A stretch of DNA of 64,000 nt from Lama guanicoe (lineage: Eukaryota), in NCBI GenBank assembly GCA_013239625.1, contig MU053334.1, positions 445,190 through 509,189 on the forward strand, read 5' to 3'. The notes beneath the pieces are model-generated. The model did no database searches and was not told the origin of the DNA. It saw nothing but the letters and a program-made list of their open reading frames with translations. A program made the translations under genes and the position numbers. Each line of letters opens with the position of its first letter. Position 1 is the first letter of the stretch. Positions 1-9,992 of this stretch are shown piece after piece.

Positions 1-745
1 GGCTGGCTGGATTCTGCTAAACCGAACTTTACCAAAGAAGGTGGAGACGTTGAATCCGTTGAGAATGTCTGTAATTTAGGCTCAGTAGCCAGGATCTCCT
101 GCAGAGCCACCATGTTTCCCAGCGTTCCCCTGCAAGAGCTTGGACAAACTGTGGTGTGCGACACTTCTGTAGGGCTTGTGTGCAAAAACCGAGACCAGAA
201 TCCAGGGGGAGCCACCCCCATGCCTTACTGCCTCAACTATGAGATCAATGTCTACTGCTGTGTTCCTCGCCCTGAATGCCTCACAACGTATCCCACCAGC
301 ACCTCGCAGATCACAACCACGACACCCACCACCACCTCAACAGAGCCCCCAACTTCGACCTCCCCCACCACGGAGACCACAACCCCCAGCACGACCACCA
401 GCACCGGGACCACAACCCCCAGCACGGCCACCACCACGGAGACCACAACCCCCAGCACCACCATCACCACGGAGACCACAGCCCCAACACCTACCATCAG
501 CACCACCTCCACAGGGACTCCTACTCCGACACACACCACCAGCTCCACAGTGACCCCAACCCCAACACTCACCACCTCAACAGAGCTTCCAACTTCGACC
601 TCCCCCACCACGGAGACCTCAACTCTCAGCACAACCACCCCGACGGAGACCCTGATCACCTCTCCCCTCCGCACCTCCATAACCGGCCCTAGTGCCGCCA
701 CCATAGAGAAATGCTGCGAGTTGAATGGAGAATTCTACAGCCCAG
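1..745 (+). CDS. MUC2: MUC2 central exon end: CysD (1-~279), PTS (~280-711), CCELNGEFYSPG
   Basis: Frame 1 is open from base 1 (GWLDSAKPNFTKEGGDVE...SCRATMFP...). Donor CAG|GTATG at 745/746. Confidence 0.93.
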
Positions 746-3700
746 GTATGTGTCCAGGCTTGTCGCCCTGAACTCCCAGGTTGTGGCTGTGTCTGTCGTG
801 CTTGTGGTCAGGGTAGCGTCCTGGCGAAGCCGGCCCCTCGTACTGCAGCTTGGCTGTTGAGAAAGTGTGGCATGGGCAGCCCTCTCGCGGCCACCGGGCG
901 ACCCACCTGTGTCCTCTCGTGGCCACCCTGTGTGGATGGTGTAGGACTGTTGTCTCCCTTGCAGGCGAAGTGACGTACAACGTCACCGAAGGAGGCATGT
1001 GCCATTACGCGCACTGTTTGCAGTCTTGTGAACTCAAGTTCTTCAATTGGTCGTGCCCGTCCACACCCTCTACAACGCTCAGCCCGCTCCCCACCACCAC
1101 GGCCCCATCATCCACAGCCTCAAGCGTGTCCACCACCACCCACCCTCCTGGGTGCCTGGACTTCAACCCTCCCAGAAAGGTCTGTGGTTTCTGTGCAGCT
1201 TTCTCCCCAAGCACCGGGCGCATGCCCCCACCACCAGGTCTTGCAAAGCCCCAGGCGCTGCCTTTCTGCTGGTCGCCCAGGGCACCCTGCCCCCTGTGCC
1301 CCGCACCACCTGCAGTCAGGGCACAGGGTCTGCCGGAGCCCTTCCAAGTCCCCACCACATCCCCATTGCCGTGGGGCCGTGCTGGCGTCCCTCCTCTGGG
1401 GCCGGGCTGCAGACTGGGCCCGGCTGATCCTGTGCCTGGCCTGCCCGCAGGAGAACGAGACGTGGTGGCTGTTTAACTGCACGATGGCCGTCTGCAAGCA
1501 CGACAGCACCGTGGAGCTGGTGGAGGTGGAGTGCAACCCCCCCCCGATGCCCACCTGCTCCAACGGCCTCACGCCTGTGCGCGTCAAGGACCCGGACGGG
1601 TGCTGCTGGCACTGGGAGTGCGACTGTAAGCCCCCCGCGCCAGCTCCCTTCTGTGTGTGTGCTGGGGGGCGGGGTGCACACCGCAGGTGGGACAGGCTGG
1701 CTGTAATGGCTGAGGGCCGGGCACACGTCTGGAGGGACTTGACTTGCCTCCAGCTTACTGCCCTCCTCAGGCAGGGGTCCGGGAGAGGGAGGGGCTTTCC
1801 TGGTGGGGCGCGGCCACATAGAAGGGCTGCGGCCTGGGGCAGCTGGGGTTGGGAGTGAAGTCAGGCCCTGCCCTTCGGAGGGAACACACTCGTGGGGCCC
1901 TGATGCCCCACGCGCCCTGGGCACCAGGCTTATGGGGCCTTCCTCAGTTTCCACTTGCTCTTCCCCCTTGTGCCTTGTCCCCTGACTGTGTCCTGTCCCC
2001 GCCCCCGGGGCTGGGCGCCGGCCCACCTCGGCCGCTCCGCAGGCTACTGCACCGGCTGGGGGGACCCGCACTTCGTCACCTTCGACGGGCTGTACTACAG
2101 CCACCAGGGTGCGTGCACGTACGTGCTGGTGGAGGAGGCCGTGCCCACCGTGGACGGCTTTGGGGTCTACGTCGACAACTACCACTGCGACCCCCGCGAC
2201 CGGGTGTCCTGCCCCCGCACGCTCATCGTGCGCCACGAGACGCAGGAGGTGCGGCTCGAGACCGTGCAGATGGCGCCCATGACGGTGCAGGTAGGCCGGC
2301 GGCGGGGCCGAGCGTCCGAATGGGGTGGGCTGGCAGGGCCGGTGTCAGCTCCCTCGCTGGGGGGGGCCTTGCCCCAGGGCTGCGCGGGGGCAGCACTCAG
2401 TGGACATGTCAGCTCTCCTCACAGGCCCTCCGGGGCATTCAGGGACCCCGTGACCCGCCACCCCTGCTCCTGCCAGGCACCCTGGGCACAGGTCTGTGTG
2501 GCAGAAGCCCCCTCCCTGAGCACAGGGGCTCTGTGCGCCCCGCGTGGAGTTGTCATTTCCCATGGCGTGGAGAGCCCCGCCCCCTGCGCGGTTCCCCCCA
2601 AGTCTCCGGGGGCTCAGAGGACAGCGCCCTGGCTACCTGGCCCCTGGGACTAGTCAGGATGAAGGTCCGGCCCAATGCGGTGGGAAGGAAGAGGGAAGGA
2701 AGAGGGAAGGCAGAGGGGCGCGGGCACAGTGTGAGGGTGGGGGGACCCGGGTACTTTCCAAAGGCACCGCACGCTCCGGTCAGACCCATGAGGCTCCCGC
2801 CGGCCCTCCCTGACCCGGTGTGGCGGCCACAGGTGCAGGTGAACAGGCAGGCCGTGGCGCTGCCCTACAAGAAGTACGGGCTGCAGGTGTACGAGTCGGG
2901 CATCAACCTCGTGGTGGCCATCCCCGAGCTGGGCGCCCTCGTCTCCTACAACGGCCTCGCCTTCTCCATCCGGCTGCCCTACCGCCTGTTCGGGAACAAC
3001 ACAAAGGGCCAGTGTGGTGAGCCCTTGACCTCGGCCCCCGTGCCTGCGCTGGGGAGGGCGGCTGGGCAGAGGCTGTCTGTGGGCCCCGCCAGCCCCGCTG
3101 TGGTTCTCTGCTCTGCTCAGGGTCCCCACAGCCATCCTCCCGGGTTTGGGCCCAGCGGGAAGCCAGCGGGAGTGCAGTCTAGCCTGTGCCCTGGGCCCTG
3201 GGCAGCTGGGCACCAGGGGACCTGGGCTGGAGGAGGGGCGGTGTCTCAGGGGCTTGCTGGGTCTGCTGGACGAACTGGGCGGGCCCGGGCACACGGGGAC
3301 CTTCTCCCCCACCCAGGCACGTGCACCAACACCACCGTGGACGACTGCGTGCTGCCCAGTGGGGAGGTCGTCGACAACTGCGAGGTGGCGGCTGACCAGT
3401 GGGCGGTGAACGACCCCTCCAAGCCGCAATGTCCCCACACCAGCTTCACCACCCAGCGCCCGGCCACCTCGCCGTCTGCGGGCAGCACCACCGTGGGCGA
3501 GGCCTGCGCGTCTCCTCTCTGCGAGCTCATCAAGGACAGGTGACCCTGACCCCCGGCCGGCTGCTGCCTCGATCAGTCGTGGGCTGCAGGCTCCCCGAGA
3601 GCGGCCTCCCCCCTCTGTGACCCCACCTCATGGACAGAGAGGAGGTGGCAGGGGCCGAGCGTGGGGCTGGGAAGGCAGGTGTCAGGGCACCACGGGCAGG

Positions 3701-6700
3701 TGCCGGTTCACAGAGGGGCCCAGTAATCGGGCTCCAGGTTTCCACGGGGCTGAGTGGCCTTGTTTGACATCCGTGTGCCCTTTGCAACCCCCCGAACCTC
3801 ACCTGCCTCCTGGATGGTGCAGGGGCCGCTGAGCTTGCAGCCTGGGGTAGACCAGTTGACGGGGCAGAGCAGCACCCGGTACCTATAAAGGGAGGCAGAT
3901 GTGGGCTTAGACATACAAGGGGTGCTCCCAGAGCTGGCCTCATGGAGCGAGCGCCTGGTCCCCGGGGGTGTGCGCCACAGGGCTGGGAGAACCCCGCAGT
4001 GTTGTGGGAGGGGGCATCTTGGCACCCAGCGAACATGGAGATGCGGGGATTCCATCTCCGGGAGCCAGATTGCCCAAGGCCTCGTCCTCGGGCCACAGCG
4101 AGGGCCCCCCTTCCCCAGGGCCTGCCCTGCTCCCTCTGCTCCCACCGTCAGCCTGCCTGTGTCTGCCTGGTTGGAAGCAACCTGAGCCTGGCTCTAGGAG
4201 GGCAGCCCGGGTAGAGGTGGTGGGTAGGGGGAGTGTCGGAGAGGCGGGGCCCCGAGCAGACCCTGACAGGCCCCGCCCCCACAGCCTGTTCGCGCAGTGC
4301 CACGCCCTGGCGCCCCCGCAGCACTACTACGACGCCTGCGTGTTCGACAGCTGCTTGGTGCCCGACTCGGGCCTGGAGTGTGCCAGCCTGCAGACCTACG
4401 CCGCCCTGTGTGCCCAGGAGGGCATCTGTGTCGACTGGCGGAACCACACCCGCGGGGCCTGCCGTGAGTGCCCGCCTGCCCCGCCCAGGCTGGGGTCCTG
4501 CAGGCCAGGGGGCTCTCCGGGCTCTGCCTGAAGCCAGACTGGGGTGGGGCGGCCTGGCACGCACAGAGACCAGCTTTGCTGAGCACAGCGGGGCTGGGGA
4601 CGGCGTGGGGGTCTGGGGCGGGCAGCACCGGGCACCTGGCCTCCCGCAGCCTGGGTGGGAGGATGGGGCCCTTCGTGGCAGGGGCTGGGCAGGACAGTCA
4701 GTAGCGGGGCAGGCACAGGCTGCTCCCTCTGACTCTGGCCCCTCGGACGCCTGCCTCCTCCCGCAGAGGTGAAGTGCCCGGCTCATCGGGAGTACCGTGC
4801 CTGTGGTCCCGCAGAAGAGCCCACCTGTCAGTCCAGGTGAGGCGCCCGTGGAGGCGCTGGGAGGGCAGGCTCTCCCCTCTGGCGGTGCTTCCGGGTGGCC
4901 CCGTGTGGGCCTGGGGGTCCGGCCTGTCCCCACCGCCCATCTCATCGCGCCCTCCCGCCCCCAGCCCTTCCCAGGAGAACAGCACCCAGCTGGTGGAAGG
5001 CTGCTTCTGTCCCGAGGGCACGGTGAACTTTGGTCCCGGCTTCGACGTCTGCGTGGACTCGTGCGGTACGCTGCCCCCCGGTGCCCCCCGCCCCCGCTGA
5101 GGCTGAGCCCTGCCCGTGCCGCACCAGGGCTGTGCTCACAGCGGCTGCTGCCTCTCTTTCCTAGGCTGCGTGGGGCCCGACAACGTGCCCAGAGAGGTAA
5201 GCCAACCCCTGGGTGCCGGGGCCGCCTTCTCCCACAAAGGCCAAATTTTGGGGTGTAGGAAGGGCTGGACATGAGAGCCGGGGACCCTCAAAGACTGAGT
5301 CCTGAGTCATTTAATTCCCGGACGGCTGGGCTAGGAGGGGTAGCCACCCCCGCACCCCTCCCTGGTCCACCCAGCTCCGCGTCCACCCCCCGCTCCGCGC
5401 CTCCGCCCGCTGGTCTTTTGTTGCTGTGCACACCTGCGGAGGCGGCGTCTTGGCCACTGCAGAGCTGTGCGCGTCTCCTGCACGCGGTTGATTCTTGAGC
5501 TCTAGTCTGCTCGAGCCCCGCAGACACACGTGGTTTCTGCCGGGTGCGTGCTGTGTAGGTGGACGGTGGTGAGCAGGTCAAGGTTGTGGTCTCAGTGACC
5601 TGGCCCTGAGGGGAGCCCCTGTCCTGGCCCAGAACCTGCCCTGAGGGCTTGAGGTGGCAGGTGCCTAGGCGGGGAGGCGATGGGAGGGGGACGGGGAGGT
5701 GGGGCGGGGGTGGGGAGGAGGCGCGGGTAGGGCACAGGCTTTCCCGCAGGCAGCTCGAGGGGGTGGGCTGGAGGCGCGGGTAGGGCACAGGCTTTCCCGC
5801 AGGCAGCTCGGTGGGCTTCCAGGCGTGGTGCCTTGTCTCCCGGGGACCCCAGACCAGCTGCACGGAGGCCGAGGCCCAGGGCCAGGTGGGCCGGCGCCCC
5901 CTCCCTCCCCACTCACCCCTTCCTCCCTGCAGTTTGGGGAGCACTTCCAGTTCGACTGCAAGGACTGCATCTGCCTGGAGGGGGGCAGCGGCATCAGCTG
6001 TCAGCCCAGGGCGTGCAGCCAGGCCCCCCGCCCTGAGTGCAGGGAGGACGGCACCTACCTGGTCACCGAGGTGGACCCCGCCGACCCCTGCTGCAGCATC
6101 ACCTCCTGCAGTAAGGCGCCCCTGGGGGCAGGGAGTGGCCTGGGCCGCGGGCCGTCCCCTCCTGGGCCCCCAGGGTCCCCGAGCGTGTCCCCGCTACACG
6201 GTTTCACCTCCTGGCTGAGCCGGGAGCCCTGACTTCGCGGCCCGTTGGAGGCCGGGGCCACAGGGCGCGTCCCCGGGACGGTAGGGCTTGAGGAGGCCGT
6301 GTGCCCAGGGCTGGAGGGGTTCCTGCTGCAGGGCCCGGCTGGGGGGCTCGGCCTGGAGGAGCCGTGCTCACCGGCGCGTCTCCGCCGCTCTTCAGAGTGC
6401 AACGCCAGCCTGTGCAGGGAGAAGCCCCTGCTGTGCCCGCTGGGATTTGAAGTGAAGAGCGAGATGGTCCCCGGGAGATGCTGCCCCTTGCACTCGTGTG
6501 GTAGGTGTGCCGGGGCCAGGGAGGCCGAGCAGTGGGCGCCCGCTCCCTCCCCGGGGCTGGGCGGTGCTGGGAGTGTGGGTTGGGGGGAGGGGCTCCCCCC
6601 TGGGGGCTCCCTGCCCCTCGCGTGTCCACCGGCTGTGCGTCCGCCGCCGGGTCAGGAGGACTGTCTGACCCTCGCCCCGTTGTTCTTCGTCCCAAGTGCC

Positions 6701-8788
6701 CAAGGGCGTGTGTGTTGTGGAGAACGCCGAGTACCAGGTGAGGCCTGGCTGGCTGCAGGGGGAGGGCGGGGTGCAGATGCGGCTTGGGAGTGGGGTCTCA
6801 GCAGGCTCTCGGGTGGCCGGGGGCTCCGTTGGTGCCTGCACCAGGGTGCCCAGCCCTCTGCAGGCAATGGGGGGCCGGCGTCTGTCCGGGAGGGGGGTGA
6901 AAGGTGCCACGGCGGCCCCCCTCACCCGCCCTTCCCTGTGCCCCAAGCCCGGTTCTCCAGTCTATTCCTCCAAGTGCCAGAACTGCGTGTGCACCACCAG
7001 CAGGGACAGCGCCACGCAGCTCAACACCATCTCCTGCAGCCACGTGCCCTGCAACACCTCCTGCAACCCCGTAAGCGCCCCTGCCCCGGCCGAGTGTGCT
7101 GCCGCCCGCGGTCGGTCGCTCGGAGCCCTTCTCTCTCGACGCCAACCGGCCCGTGGGTGTCCTGCAGGGCTTCGAGCTGGTGGACGTCCCCGGGGAGTGC
7201 TGCAAGAAGTGTCAGCAGACGCACTGCATCATCCAGCAGCCCAGCGACCAGCACCTCGTTCTGAAGGTACGCACACCCCTCCTTCCCCAGGGCGAGGCTG
7301 GCCCTCCCGGCGCCGCCCGGCTGTCCGGTGCCCTGTCTCTCCTCGGGACAGCGGTCCTAGGGCTTTGCCCCCGCCCACTGGGTTGTCCAGGGTGACCTTA
7401 TCTCGAGGTCCGTAACTGAGTCACGTCTGCAAGGCACCTTTTCCAAATAAGGTCACCTCTGCAGGTTGTGGGGGTTAGAATGCGGACACGTGGGTGGACT
7501 ACATACAGGTGGTGGCTGTCCGTGCGTCCCGGTGGTTCTGGGCCTGTGGGCTGGACCTCCGGTCCCAGAAGCCGCACTTGGCAGGGTGGTCGGGGAGCTG
7601 CAAGGTGTCGGGGTGGTGCCCCCGCCAGCCTCACCCGGCCTCTCTCTGCCCCACAGCCCGGTGACATGAAGAATGACCCCCTGGACAACTGTACCCTCTT
7701 CAGCTGCGTGAAGTTACACAACCAGCTCATCTCGTCCGTCTCCAAGATCACCTGCCCCGACTTTGATCCCAGCACCTGCCTCCCGGTGAGCCGGCCGGTC
7801 TCTGCAGGAGCGTGGGGCCTCGGTCTTCCCGGAGGGCTGGGTTGCAGCTGCCCTGGGAGGCTCTGCTCTGGGCCCCTTCTGCAGGAGCTGCCCCTCGCCA
7901 TCCCCGTCGCAAGAAGGGGGTCTCACTGTTGGGGGACCTGGGGGTCTCAACTCATTCCCCTCCCCTCCAGGGCTCCATCAGTCTCATGTCCAATGGCTGC
8001 TGCAGGAAGTGTGAGTACAGGCCAGGGGGCGGCGCTCCCGGGTAGGGGTTGGGCTGGGCAGGGGGCTCCCTGGGCCCCCTTGAGGCACAGGGGGATGGTC
8101 CTCCGTGAGCTGCGTCCCCTCTGTGACACTCTGGCTGGACGCTGAGTTGGAGGTCATCACCTGGGGTGCCCAGGAAGCCTGAATCCCCTCCCAGGGAGGA
8201 GCCGGACAGAACCCAGCTTGCTTCAGGGCAGGGAGGTGGGGCGCTTGGGGAGGGGAGAGGAAGTGGGCAGGGAGAGCCCAGGGCTCTGGAAGGTGGAGCC
8301 CCCGCCCTGAGCCTCGGCCCCTCCCCGCAGGCATCCCTCGCAATGAGACTGGGATCCCCTGCTCCATGGTCTCCGTCATCAGGGAGATTTCCCACAACGG
8401 CTGCACCGAGTTGGTCAGCATGAACGATTGCTCTGGGTCTTGCGGGACCTTTGCCATGTGAGTCCCGCGTGGGGAGTGGCCCTGAGGGGCCGCGGAGGGG
8501 AGGCAGCAGCCGCCCGAGCAGGAGCAGGCAGTGGCCCCTCACTGCGGCCTTCCTTCCCCCAGGTACTCAGCCCAGGCCCAGGCCCTGGACCACAGATGCT
8601 CCTGCTGCAAGGAGCAGCGCACCAGCCAGCGGCAGGTGGCGCTGCAGTGCCCGGGCGGTGGCACACTCAGCCACACCTACACCCACATTGAGAGCTGTGG
8701 GTGCCAGGACACCACGTGCGAGCTCCTGTCCCCCCAGGACAGGGCTCGGCGCTCCATCCCCAGGCTGCTGGCCCCAGGGAGGAGGTGA
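1..8788 (+). CDS. MUC2: Mucin-2, 3' portion (5'-partial; 19 exons in window)
   Basis: Exons 1-745, 965-1179, 1451-1625, 2043-2290, 2833-3016, 3317-3539, 4285-4463, 4767-4836, 4965-5065, 5165-5196, 5933-6110, 6396-6500, 6697-6737, 6948-7070, 7168-7266, 7657-7785, 7971-8010, 8331-8457, 8563-8788. All introns are GT-AG with matching phases. The spliced protein runs GWLDSAKPNF...CLNYEINVYCC (CysD), PTS, CYCTGWGDPH (D4), ...HTYTHIESCGC...RARRS, colinear with the MUC2 C-terminus as I recall it. Confidence 0.97.
965..1179 (+). CDS. MUC2: MUC2 exon (EVTYNVTEGG...FNWSCP...DFNPPRK)
   Basis: Acceptor ttgcag| and donor AAG|GTCTGT; Cys pattern as in MUC2. Confidence 0.92.
1451..1625 (+). CDS. MUC2: MUC2 exon (ENETWWLFNC...CCWHWECD)
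   Basis: Acceptor cgcag| and donor T|GTAAG. Confidence 0.95.
2043..2290 (+). CDS. MUC2: MUC2 exon, start of VWD4 with GDPH autocleavage motif (2060-2071)
   Basis: CYCTGWGDPHFVTFDGLYYS; donor CAG|GTAGG. Confidence 0.96.
2833..3016 (+). CDS. MUC2: MUC2 exon (VQVNRQAVALPY...GNNTKGQC)
   Basis: cacag| ... G|GTGAG; VWD4 translation. Confidence 0.95.
3317..3539 (+). CDS. MUC2: MUC2 exon (TCTNTTVDDC...LCELIKD)
   Basis: cccag| ... AG|GTGAC. Confidence 0.94.
4285..4463 (+). CDS. MUC2: MUC2 exon, C8 domain (LFAQCHAL...DWRNHTRGAC)
   Basis: cacag| ... C|GTGAG. Confidence 0.95.
4767..4836 (+). CDS. MUC2: MUC2 exon, TIL (VKCPAHREYRACGPAEEPTCQS)
   Basis: cgcag| ... AG|GTGAG. Confidence 0.93.
4965..5065 (+). 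CDS. MUC2: MUC2 exon (PSQENSTQLVEGCFCPEG...CVDSC)
   Basis: cccag| ... G|GTACG; phase compatible with both neighbours. Confidence 0.9.
5165..5196 (+). CDS. MUC2: MUC2 micro-exon (CVGPDNVPRE)
   Basis: tttcctag| ... GAG|GTAAG. Confidence 0.93.
5717..5810. repeat. Intronic tandem duplication, period 53 bp
   Basis: GGAGGCGCGGGTAGGGCACAGGCTTTCCCGCAGGCAGCTCG is identical at 5717-5757 and 5770-5810. Confidence 0.95.
5933..6110 (+). CDS. MUC2: MUC2 exon, VWC (FGEHFQFDCKDC...CCSITSC)
   Basis: ctgcag| ... A|GTAAG. Confidence 0.95.
6396..6500 (+). CDS. MUC2: MUC2 exon (CNASLCREKP...CCPLHSC)
   Basis: ttcag| ... G|GTAGG. Confidence 0.94.
6697..6737 (+). CDS. MUC2: MUC2 exon (PKGVCVVENAEYQ)
   Basis: AAG acceptor (cccaag|), donor CAG|GTGAG; the frame requires this acceptor. 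Confidence 0.88.
6948..7070 (+). CDS. MUC2: MUC2 exon (PGSPVYSSKC...CNTSCNP)
   Basis: AAG acceptor (ccccaag|), donor CCC|GTAAG. Confidence 0.9.
7168..7266 (+). CDS. MUC2: MUC2 exon (GFELVDVPGECCKKC...HLVLK)
   Basis: ctgcag| ... AAG|GTACG. Confidence 0.94.
7355..7500 (-). mobile_element. MLT1 (MaLR) LTR fragment in a MUC2 intron
   Basis: tcacgtctgcaaggcaccttttccaaataaggtcac...ggggttagaatgcggacac resembles the MLT1 5' end in reverse (recalled consensus). Confidence 0.7.
7657..7785 (+). CDS. MUC2: MUC2 exon (PGDMKNDP...DPSTCLP)
   Basis: cacag| ... CCG|GTGAG. Confidence 0.94.
7971..8010 (+). CDS. MUC2: MUC2 exon (GSISLMSNGCCRK)
   Basis: ctccag| ... T|GTGAG. Confidence 0.93.
8331..8457 (+). 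CDS. MUC2: MUC2 exon, cystine knot first half (IPRNETGIPC...CSGSCGTFA)
   Basis: cgcag| ... AT|GTGAG; CxGxC knot motif. Confidence 0.94.
8563..8788 (+). CDS. MUC2: MUC2 last coding exon, cystine knot second half, RARR motif (8741-8752), TGA stop
   Basis: cccag|; YSAQAQALDHRCSCCKE...HIESCGCQDTTC...RARRSIPRLLAPGRR*. Confidence 0.95.
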
Positions 8789-8939
8789 GCGGGGAGGGCG
8801 CGCAGCCCCGTCCCTCCGCCCCTCCGCAGTCTTGCGCATCCCCTTCCCACCGACCCTCTGAGCTTCCTCGCCCCCTAAGCTGACTTTCTCTCTGCGGCTA
8901 TTTATTTTCCAAGTCTTTGCTCAGTCCTTTGCTTTGCAG

Positions 8940-8945
8940 AATAAA
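8940..8945 (+). terminator. MUC2 polyadenylation signal
   Basis: AATAAA ~150 nt after the stop, with a GT-rich element ~15-40 nt downstream; one ATTTA at 8900-8904. Confidence 0.88.
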
Positions 8946-9274
8946 CCTGGTCAGAGATGCCGTGTGGGGGTGCTTCTGTGGGTGCTGAGGGGCTGGGGGG
9001 CGAGTTGGGCTCGGTCAGTAGGCTCTGCACACGGCATCCGGGGGACACCATGCACATGTGGCTGGCCTGGCCTTGGGAAACCTCGTGTACAAAATGCCAC
9101 CTCCAGGGACCACCATCCTTGGGGCTCCCCTGGAAGGCTGCCCCCTGCCCTGTCCTGCTCTTGGCACGTGTGAAGCCCTGGCCGGGCCATCAGGATGCAG
9201 GCGGCTCCTTCCAGGAAGCCCTCTGAGCCTGAATCTGTTGAAAAGGCCTCTCTGTCCATTTTGCAGCCATTAAG

Positions 9275-9356
9275 CACGCGTGTGCACACTGTGTTCATTT
9301 GCACGTGTGGCTGCTGTGGATGTGTGCACATTTGTGTCTGTGTGTGTGGCACACGC
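9275..9356. repeat. Degenerate (TG/CA)n tract
   Basis: gcacgcgtgtgcacactgtg...tgtgtgtggcacacg. Confidence 0.6.
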
Positions 9357-9992
9357 CTCACCCCGGGGAGAGCAGTAAAAGTGCTGGTCTGTAGACTCGG
9401 GGGCAGGACGCTGGCTCCTGCTGCGAGAAACAAGTGACCACTGAGCAGCAGCCGGCCGAGCCGCGGGACCTGATACGGTGGCACGTGTGTTTGAGAGCTG
9501 CTTTGTGAGCTGGCTGAGCCACCAGGACGGGGATTCTGGGGAAGGGACGCTCTGGTCCTCTTACAGCAGAGAGCAAGGCTGGGCCGTGGAGACCCACCAG
9601 GCTGAAATCGTGCCAGGCTTCTCCTCTCTGAGCAGGTGGTGGGGAGTGGGAGCCCTGGGTCCCTCAGCCGAGCACCCCCTGCCTGCAAGTCCAGTTACCC
9701 AACCTGAGAGCGTCCTGGGAGCTCCAAGGGGCGGTGCCGCTGTGGTCCCCCCAGAGCCGGAGTTTGCTCTGCTCTCAGGGCATCCGCCACATTCCCACCT
9801 GACTGACGGGGGACTGTGGCCCTGCCCACAGGCCAGAGGGGCTTCCCCAGTGTGGACCCAGAACCCCTCCTGTCCATTCGTTGACTCCTTCAGGCCTAGG
9901 CTGAGGCCACTGCCCCTGCCCCCTGTAGCCAGCTGACTCCCTCCCCCACCTGGTCCTCCCACCCCGGAAGAGACCAGGTCAGGACCTGCCAG

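Noticed and set aside
252..704. 150-aa Val-rich hydrophobic ORF on the minus strand
   Set aside because: It is the antisense reading of Thr (ACC) codons in the MUC2 PTS segment, not a membrane protein.
2060..2071. GDPH motif and C-terminal RARR motif as novelties
   Set aside because: Both are known features of MUC2.
1849..3543. 564-aa ORF
   Set aside because: It reads through introns and two in-frame MUC2 exons; stops are scarce in GC-rich DNA.
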